Shown piece by piece: positions 13,268 to 17,877 of a stretch of DNA of 17,877 bases. The position numbers were made by a program, and so were the translations under genes. The stretch comes from an uncultured archaeon (GTDB taxonomy: Archaea; Iainarchaeota; Iainarchaeia; Iainarchaeales; CSSED10-239): positions 45,632 to 63,508 of the forward strand of contig CAZCAP010000001.1 of NCBI GenBank assembly GCA_964496765.1. The letters run 5' to 3'. The notes below the pieces were generated by a model. That model ran no database searches. It saw nothing but the letters and a program-made list of their open reading frames with translations, and had not been told where the DNA came from. Each line of letters begins with the position of its first letter. Positions within the stretch are counted from its first letter, which is position 1.

Positions 13268-14761
13268 ATGTCAAGACTTGAAGAATACGAAGAATCAAGA
13301 AGAAATAACTATAACTATCTTCTTGAAAACAAAATAGAACCCTATCCCTATGAATTCAATAGAACACACACATCAAAAAATATTAAAGAAAAATATTCTA
13401 CTCTTGAAGCTGACAAGTTCACAACTGAAGAAGCATCCTATGCAGGACGTTTATTACTATTTAGAAATATTGGAAAAATAATTTTCCTAGATCTCTATGA
13501 TTCCTATGGAAAAATGCAAGTGGTTGCAAAAGATGATACCCTATCAAAAGAAGATTTTGATTTACTTCAACATGTGGATAAGGGAGACATTCTTGGAGTT
13601 AGAGGAAAAATATTTAAAACAAAAAGAGGGGAAATCTCAATTGAAGCAGAGAGCATAATTTTTTTATCAAAAGCTTTCCTTCCTCTTCCTGATAAGTTTC
13701 ATGGTTTATCAGATCCTGAATTAAGATATAGAAAAAGATATTTAGATTTAATGACAAATCAGGATGTTAAAGATGTCTTCTATAAGAGAGCAGAAATACT
13801 TTCAATCATAAGAGAAGTGTTTGCTAAACGTGGTTTTCTTGAGGTTGAAACTCCACTTCTTCAACCACTTTATGGTGGAGCTAATGCCAGACCGTTTGTA
13901 ACCGAAAGCTTTGTTTGGAAAAGAAAATTATATTTATCCATTTCTCCTGAGCTCTATCTTAAAAGATTACTAGTTGGTGGGTTTGATAAAGTTTATACAA
14001 TTTGTAAAAACTTTAGAAACGAAGGCGTTGATAAATCTCATAATCCTGAGTTTACTATGGTTGAAGCCTATGAGGCCTACAAGGATTACAACTCAGCAAT
14101 AGATTTAATTGAAGAGATTTACGAAACAATTGCATTAAGATTATTTAATACTACAAAAATAGTTTATCAAGATAAGGAATACGATTTCAAAAGACCTTGG
14201 AAGAAGCTTACAATGAAACAAGCATTACTTGAGTTTGGAAAAGTAGATGTTGATAAACTTAGTGATGATCAAATTAAAGAGATGCTTAAAGAACATAAGG
14301 TTGTTCTTGAAGATTATAAAAGAGGACTTGGAATATCTGAGTTGTTTGAGGTTCTTTGTGATGAACATCTATCAGGACCAATACATATCATAGACCATCC
14401 AAAAGAAACAACACCTCTTTGTAAATTACATAGAGATGATAAGACCCTAATTGAAAGAAACGAACCCTACATGCATGGTATGGAATTAGCAAACATCTAT
14501 TCAGAACTGAATGATCCAAACATTCAAGAAGAATTAATGTATGATCAAAAGGACCAAGGTAGAGCAAAAGGAGAAAGTCATCCAGTCGATACAGATTACA
14601 TTGAATCATTAAAGTATGGTATGCCACCAGCCTATGGAATAGGTTTTGGGGTTGATAGATTAGTTATGTTATTTACAAACTCTCAGAACATAAGGGATGT
14701 AATATTATTTCCAATGCTTCGTGAAGAAGATGGGAAAACAGAATCAGAAGAAAAGAAGTGA
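13268..14761 (+). CDS. lysS: Lysyl-tRNA synthetase, class II
   Basis: There is an N-terminal OB-fold region (GRLLLFRNIGKIIFLDLYDSYGKMQV) and ELRYRKRYLDLMTN. Motif 2 is ICKNFRNEGVDKSHNPEFTMVEAYEAYKDY and motif 3 is GIGFGVDRLVMLFTNSQNIRDVILFP. An AGTGAT RBS-like sequence lies upstream. Confidence 0.9.
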   Translation: MSRLEEYEESRRNNYNYLLENKIEPYPYEFNRTHTSKNIKEKYSTLEADKFTTEEASYAGRLLLFRNIGKIIFLDLYDSYGKMQVVAKDDTLSKEDFDLLQHVDKGDILGVRGKIFKTKRGEISIEAESIIFLSKAFLPLPDKFHGLSDPELRYRKRYLDLMTNQDVKDVFYKRAEILSIIREVFAKRGFLEVETPLLQPLYGGANARPFVTESFVWKRKLYLSISPELYLKRLLVGGFDKVYTICKNFRNEGVDKSHNPEFTMVEAYEAYKDYNSAIDLIEEIYETIALRLFNTTKIVYQDKEYDFKRPWKKLTMKQALLEFGKVDVDKLSDDQIKEMLKEHKVVLEDYKRGLGISELFEVLCDEHLSGPIHIIDHPKETTPLCKLHRDDKTLIERNEPYMHGMELANIYSELNDPNIQEELMYDQKDQGRAKGESHPVDTDYIESLKYGMPPAYGIGFGVDRLVMLFTNSQNIRDVILFPMLREEDGKTESEEKK

Positions 14762-14769
14762 GATAGGAT

Positions 14770-14901
14770 ATGACTACAAAATGTGTTAAGTGTAATAAAG
14801 ACCTAATAACTGATAATGAAATATATTGTTCTGGTTGCAAAGCAGCAATTAAACAAAAAATAGAAAATATACAGAGATTAGATAAATTTAAAAAGGCATA
14901 A
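14770..14901 (+). CDS. Zinc-ribbon micro-protein (43 aa, C-x2-C-x11-C-x2-C plus basic helix); not in the supplied ORF track
   Basis: I hand-translated it as MTTKCVKCNKDLITDNEIYCSGCKAAIKQKIENIQRLDKFKKA. The ATG lies 8 nt after the lysS stop, with gtgag/agga upstream. A paralogue lies 71 nt downstream. Confidence 0.55.
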   Translation: MTTKCVKCNKDLITDNEIYCSGCKAAIKQKIENIQRLDKFKKA

Positions 14902-14972
14902 CTGTATAATAATATATAATTTATTAGTTTAATTAAAAAACAAAAGGGATAGATAAAATAAAGTGATACAAT

Positions 14973-15131
14973 ATGGTAAATAAATGTATTGAATGCGGAC
15001 GAATTATTGATTCAACCAGAATCTATTGTAAAGGTTGTGAAGCAAGAATTAAAGAAAGAATCAAGAAAAGAGAAGAAACAATTAATAAAATAAATAGTGC
15101 TGATTTCTTTGAGAGACAAAGACTCAAATAA
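14973..15131 (+). CDS. Zinc-ribbon micro-protein paralogue (52 aa, C-x2-C-x10-C-x2-C plus basic helix); not in the supplied ORF track
   Basis: I hand-translated it as MVNKCIECGRIIDSTRIYCKGCEARIKERIKKREETINKINSADFFERQRLK. A GTGAT RBS lies 5 nt upstream (14963-14967). It shares KC..C...IYC.GC.A.IK..I with the 14770 ORF. Confidence 0.55.
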   Translation: MVNKCIECGRIIDSTRIYCKGCEARIKERIKKREETINKINSADFFERQRLK

Positions 15132-15174
15132 AATTATTTTTATTAAGATGAAATTTAATTTTGGCTTATTAATG

Positions 15175-15190
15175 GCTAACTATTGTTAGC
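15175..15190. other. Short perfect hairpin gctaac-tatt-gttagc followed by T-rich sequence (possible terminator of the micro-ORF pair)
   Basis: It is a 6-bp perfect inverted repeat with a 4-nt loop, 44 nt after the stop at 15131, followed by tctatttct. The stem is weak (6 bp). Confidence 0.3.
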
Positions 15191-15254
15191 TCTATTTCTA
15201 ATAGAACATAACTATATATTATGTTTGGTAAACTTATATTTAGGTGCTAAGAAT

Positions 15255-16235
15255 ATGAGATATATTATAAATTTGTCTAGATTTGTGTCCATTAATGAAA
15301 AAAAAGAAATAATGCTAGAGATTAGAAAGCAAGGAATTGATGTTAAACCTGATCCCTGGTCTTCTCTTAGATTAATTACTGATAAACCTATTTTCGATAA
15401 GCCCTATGTTTCTAACGTAATTGAACTAAAAGAAACTTTTTTTCCAAAAACCATTTCTGAAACCGTTGATCATCTAAAGAAATATGAAATTAAAGATATT
15501 AATGCAAAGATATGGGATACTGTTCCATTCCATAGAAAAGCAATTGTTGATAGATTTCTTAAGAAATCTAAGTTTATTAAAACAGGAAAAATAATTTATA
15601 TTGAAGCAAAGCCTGGAACCAATAGACCTGAACCAGAGGTTAGGCTTGGAATCATACTTGATGAAAGAAATTCTCGTTTGCTTGGAGATAATTCAAGAAC
15701 TCCAAACAAGTTTGATGATAAAAAGAAAATAAATATAAATAAAAAAGAACAATCTTTCTCTTCATTTAAGAAAAATATGCCAGGAACCCAAATTCATCCT
15801 GATTTGTTAATTGAATCTCCAAAAACAATAGGAGAAATATCTGATTTCGTTCGTCTTTCTAAAACATTTAAGATGAAAGTTTACATATCCACTCTCAATG
15901 ATCCTGATTGTGCAAGAGCAATCTCTGAGTTTAAAAATCTTAATACATTTGAGAAAGCAGATGTTGAGATAATTCAATTCTCTGATGATCTAAAAAAGGA
16001 ATATCTTCTGGTTGGATTTTCACTTTGGGGAAAAGATAAAGTCTCATCCCTTTCTAACTTAAACATAGGTTCAAAGAGGCTTCTTTTTATTTTTGGAAAC
16101 GAAAAAAGAGGTTTGAAGAAAAGCACAATGGACATGTGTGATAGGGTAATTAAAATTGGAGAAAACTCCTCAGAACCACTGAGAGCAACCCAGGCAGCTG
16201 CCTTTGCTCTAGGTTATTTGTTTGAAAGAAGATAA
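15255..16235 (+). CDS. SpoU/TrmH-family (SPOUT) RNA 2'-O-methyltransferase with an unrecognised N-terminal domain of about 190 aa
   Basis: The C-terminal SpoU motifs are LLIESPKTIGEISDFVRLSKTFKMKV, LLFIFGNEKRGLKKSTMDMCDRVIKIG and SEPLRATQAAAFALGYL. I prefer the ATG at 15255, which has an AGGTG RBS 8 nt upstream (15242-15246), over the track's TTG at 15183. Confidence 0.8.
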   Translation: MRYIINLSRFVSINEKKEIMLEIRKQGIDVKPDPWSSLRLITDKPIFDKPYVSNVIELKETFFPKTISETVDHLKKYEIKDINAKIWDTVPFHRKAIVDRFLKKSKFIKTGKIIYIEAKPGTNRPEPEVRLGIILDERNSRLLGDNSRTPNKFDDKKKININKKEQSFSSFKKNMPGTQIHPDLLIESPKTIGEISDFVRLSKTFKMKVYISTLNDPDCARAISEFKNLNTFEKADVEIIQFSDDLKKEYLLVGFSLWGKDKVSSLSNLNIGSKRLLFIFGNEKRGLKKSTMDMCDRVIKIGENSSEPLRATQAAAFALGYLFERR

Positions 16236-16242
16236 TTTAAAT

Positions 16243-16632
16243 TTATTTTTTTTTCTTGGATTTAATTTTTTTGATACCTTTATTTATTATTTTTACAATT
16301 TTTTTTTGTTTTTTATCAATATTCTTAAAACCAGTATTCACTTTCTTTATTACTTTATTCTTCTTTTTATCAATATTCTTAAAACCAGTATTTACTTTCT
16401 TTATTATTTTATTCTTCTTTTTATCAATCTTATCTAAAGTAGTATTAATCTTCTTTGTGATTTTTCTTTTTTTTGCGTTCTGTTTTTTAAAATGAGCCAT
16501 CATCTGATTAATAAGTTGAATTTCTTTAGCTTTCATTAGTTCTCTATTCAATATTTGATTATTTGGTGTAGATTTATGATAAGACTTAAAATTTTTCTTT
16601 GATGTTGATTTTTCCTTTTTTTGTACAACCAT
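16243..16632 (-). CDS. Highly basic Lys-rich protein (129 aa) with four 18-aa tandem repeats (IDKKKNK[IV]IKKVNTGFKN)
   Basis: A GAGGTG RBS lies 5 nt upstream of the ATG (16638-16643 on the plus strand). The repeat period of 54 bp is a multiple of 3 and the frame is maintained. The plus-strand ORFs 16222..16437 and 16256..16495 are low-complexity shadows. Confidence 0.7.
   Translation of the reverse strand: MVVQKKEKSTSKKNFKSYHKSTPNNQILNRELMKAKEIQLINQMMAHFKKQNAKKRKITKKINTTLDKIDKKKNKIIKKVNTGFKNIDKKKNKVIKKVNTGFKNIDKKQKKIVKIINKGIKKIKSKKKK
16311..16418. repeat. Two near-identical 54-bp tandem units (52/54 identical), flanked by one degenerate unit on each side (about 16257-16472)
   Basis: By direct comparison, unit 16311-16364 differs from unit 16365-16418 at two positions (C/T at offsets 29 and 43). 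The repeat lies inside CDS 16243..16632. Confidence 0.9.
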
Positions 16633-16736
16633 ACTTACACCTCTTAATTAAATTTATTTCTGTTTACATATATATTATAAGTCAACTAATTTATAACCTG
16701 TTCTATAATAACCATTTTGGATTATTTGCACAAAAA

Positions 16737-17877
16737 TTATTCAACGGTTACTGATTTTGCAAGATTTCTTGGTTTATCGATCTCGCATCCTCTTTCTTCT
16801 GCAACCCAATAGGCTAACAACTGCATGATTATTACATTTACAAATGGGGAAACAAAAGTTGGAACATCAGGAACATAAATCACATGATCTGATAATTTTT
16901 TTATATCTTCATCTCCTTCTGTTGCAATTGTGATTATTTTTCCACCTCTTGCCTTTACCTCATTAATATTAGAAATTACTTTTTCGTAGTTCTGATCCTT
17001 GTTTGCAATTACCACAAGAGGCATGTTCTTATCAATTAATGCAATTGGACCATGCTTCATCTCTGCAGCAGGATATCCTTCAGCATGTATGTAACTTATT
17101 TCCTTGAGCTTAAGAGCTCCTTCTAGAGCTATTGGAAAATTAATTCCTCTTCCTAGATATAAACAATTATTTGATTTTGCAATTTCTTTTGCAACAATCT
17201 TAATTTCTTCTACCTTTTTTAAAGAAAGCTTAACATATTCAGGTATTCTTGTTAAATAATTTATAAACTCTCTTGCTTCTTCTTCATTCATCTTTTTAAT
17301 TTTTTTAGCTATATACAAGGTAATTAAATAAAGACAGGTTAATTGATTGGTGAATGACTTTGTTGAAGCAACCCCGATTTCTGGACCTGCTCTTGTGTAA
17401 ACCCCACAGCAGGATTCTCTTGCAATGGTTGAACCAACCACATTAACAAGTCCAACTGTTTTTGCACCAAAGTCTTTAACTTTTCTTAGGGCAGCTAAAG
17501 TATCTGCTGTTTCTCCGGATTGAGAAATTACAATAACAAGTGTATTTTCATTAATTATTGGATCTCTGTACCTAAACTCACTAGCATAATCAACCTCAAC
17601 AGAGATTTTTGTATACTTTTCAAGAAGAAACTTAGAAACAAGACCAGCATGCCAAGAGGTCCCACATGCAACAATAACAATCTTGTTTATTGTTTTTAAA
17701 TACTTATTAGTTAACGTAAGATCAATTCCTCCAAGCTTAGCATCCATGTTCTTGAAATCAATTCTTCCTGAAAGAGCTTGAGAAATAACTTCTGGTTGTT
17801 CAAATATTTCCTTAAGCATGAAATGCTTATAACCACCTTTTTCAATTTGATCAAGAGACATTCTAATTTCTTCAATC
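16737..17877 (-). CDS. glmS: Glutamine--fructose-6-phosphate aminotransferase (isomerising), SIS-domain C-terminal part; N-terminus outside the window
   Basis: Two SIS domains are present (VACGTSWHAG...SQSGETADT and LGRG.NFPIALEGALKLKEISYIHAEGY.AAEMKHGPIAL), with the canonical C-terminus DKPRNLAKSVTVE. The frame stays open to the window edge, beyond the track's Met at 17861. Confidence 0.92.
   Translation of the reverse strand, partial: IEEIRMSLDQIEKGGYKHFMLKEIFEQPEVISQALSGRIDFKNMDAKLGGIDLTLTNKYLKTINKIVIVACGTSWHAGLVSKFLLEKYTKISVEVDYASEFRYRDPIINENTLVIVISQSGETADTLAALRKVKDFGAKTVGLVNVVGSTIARESCCGVYTRAGPEIGVASTKSFTNQLTCLYLITLYIAKKIKKMNEEEAREFINYLTRIPEYVKLSLKKVEEIKIVAKEIAKSNNCLYLGRGINFPIALEGALKLKEISYIHAEGYPAAEMKHGPIALIDKNMPLVVIANKDQNYEKVISNINEVKARGGKIITIATEGDEDIKKLSDHVIYVPDVPTFVSPFVNVIIMQLLAYWVAEERGCEIDKPRNLAKSVTVE

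Noticed and set aside
15183-15254. Track-predicted N-terminal extensions from TTG starts: 15183 for the methyltransferase, 7486 for the acidic protein, 1553 for the membrane protein and base 1 for the first ORF.
   Set aside because: The extensions translate AT-rich promoter-like DNA into implausible hydrophobic peptides. Downstream ATGs have proper GGTG-type RBSs or TATA spacing. Base 1 is simply the window edge.
16257-16472. Whether the periodic 54-bp repeats could be a small CRISPR array.
   Set aside because: The units abut directly with no unique spacers between them. The period is a multiple of 3 and stays in frame inside a CDS. The flanking units degrade gradually, and there are no cas genes. 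This is a coding tandem repeat.
16222-16495. Plus-strand ORFs 16222..16437 and 16256..16495, which encode Phe/Leu/Ile-rich repeat peptides.
   Set aside because: They are the complement of the Lys codon-rich repeat gene. The minus-strand frame has a GAGGTG RBS, a non-repetitive N-terminal half and a clean stop. The plus-strand frames start inside or next to the methyltransferase stop and have no translation signals.
1-17877. Search for tRNA, rRNA, riboswitch or other structured RNA, and for IS elements, integrases or phage genes.
   Set aside because: Non-coding gaps are all 127 nt or shorter and extremely AT-rich, with no GC-rich stems. No ORF shows transposase (DDE), integrase (R..H..R..Y), capsid or terminase-like motifs. 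The only mobile-looking unit is the TA pair reported above.

Overview
The window is AT-rich, very tightly packed and almost entirely coding. No rRNA, tRNA, CRISPR array, transposase or integrase was found. All family calls rest on motif recognition by eye; no database search was possible.

Several signals point to an archaeon with a compact genome, possibly DPANN-like (inference):
- Repeated [KR]G|Q class III (archaeal prepilin) signal peptides.
- GGTG / GAGGTG / AGGAGG ribosome-binding sites 5-10 nt upstream of starts.
- TTTAAATA-type TATA boxes.
- Oligo-T runs after genes.

Bases 1-13154 form a cell-surface island:
- The 3' end of a polytopic membrane protein, possibly a PilC/FlaJ-type platform protein.
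- Six clear prepilin-like genes plus one doubtful one, including a 73-aa mini-pilin and a tightly packed four-gene cassette.
- Two small multi-TM proteins.
- A PIN (DUF3368-like) / UPF0175-like toxin-antitoxin pair inserted in the middle of the pilin genes and flanked by an imperfect direct repeat.
- A divergently transcribed acidic protein.
- A 1693-aa secreted protein with a tripartite C-terminal sorting-signal-like end (PEKTG, TM helix, NRKKKKK).

Bases 13268-17877 are mostly housekeeping genes with a few oddities:
- Class II lysyl-tRNA synthetase.
- Two tandem CxxC...CxxC micro-ORFs that are absent from the ORF track.
- A SpoU/TrmH-type methyltransferase with an unrecognised N-terminal half.
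- A Lys-rich protein built from 54-bp (18-aa) tandem repeats.
- The 3' part of glmS.

The best candidate for something undescribed is the divergent pilus locus together with the giant anchored surface protein, plausibly a cell-cell attachment apparatus.
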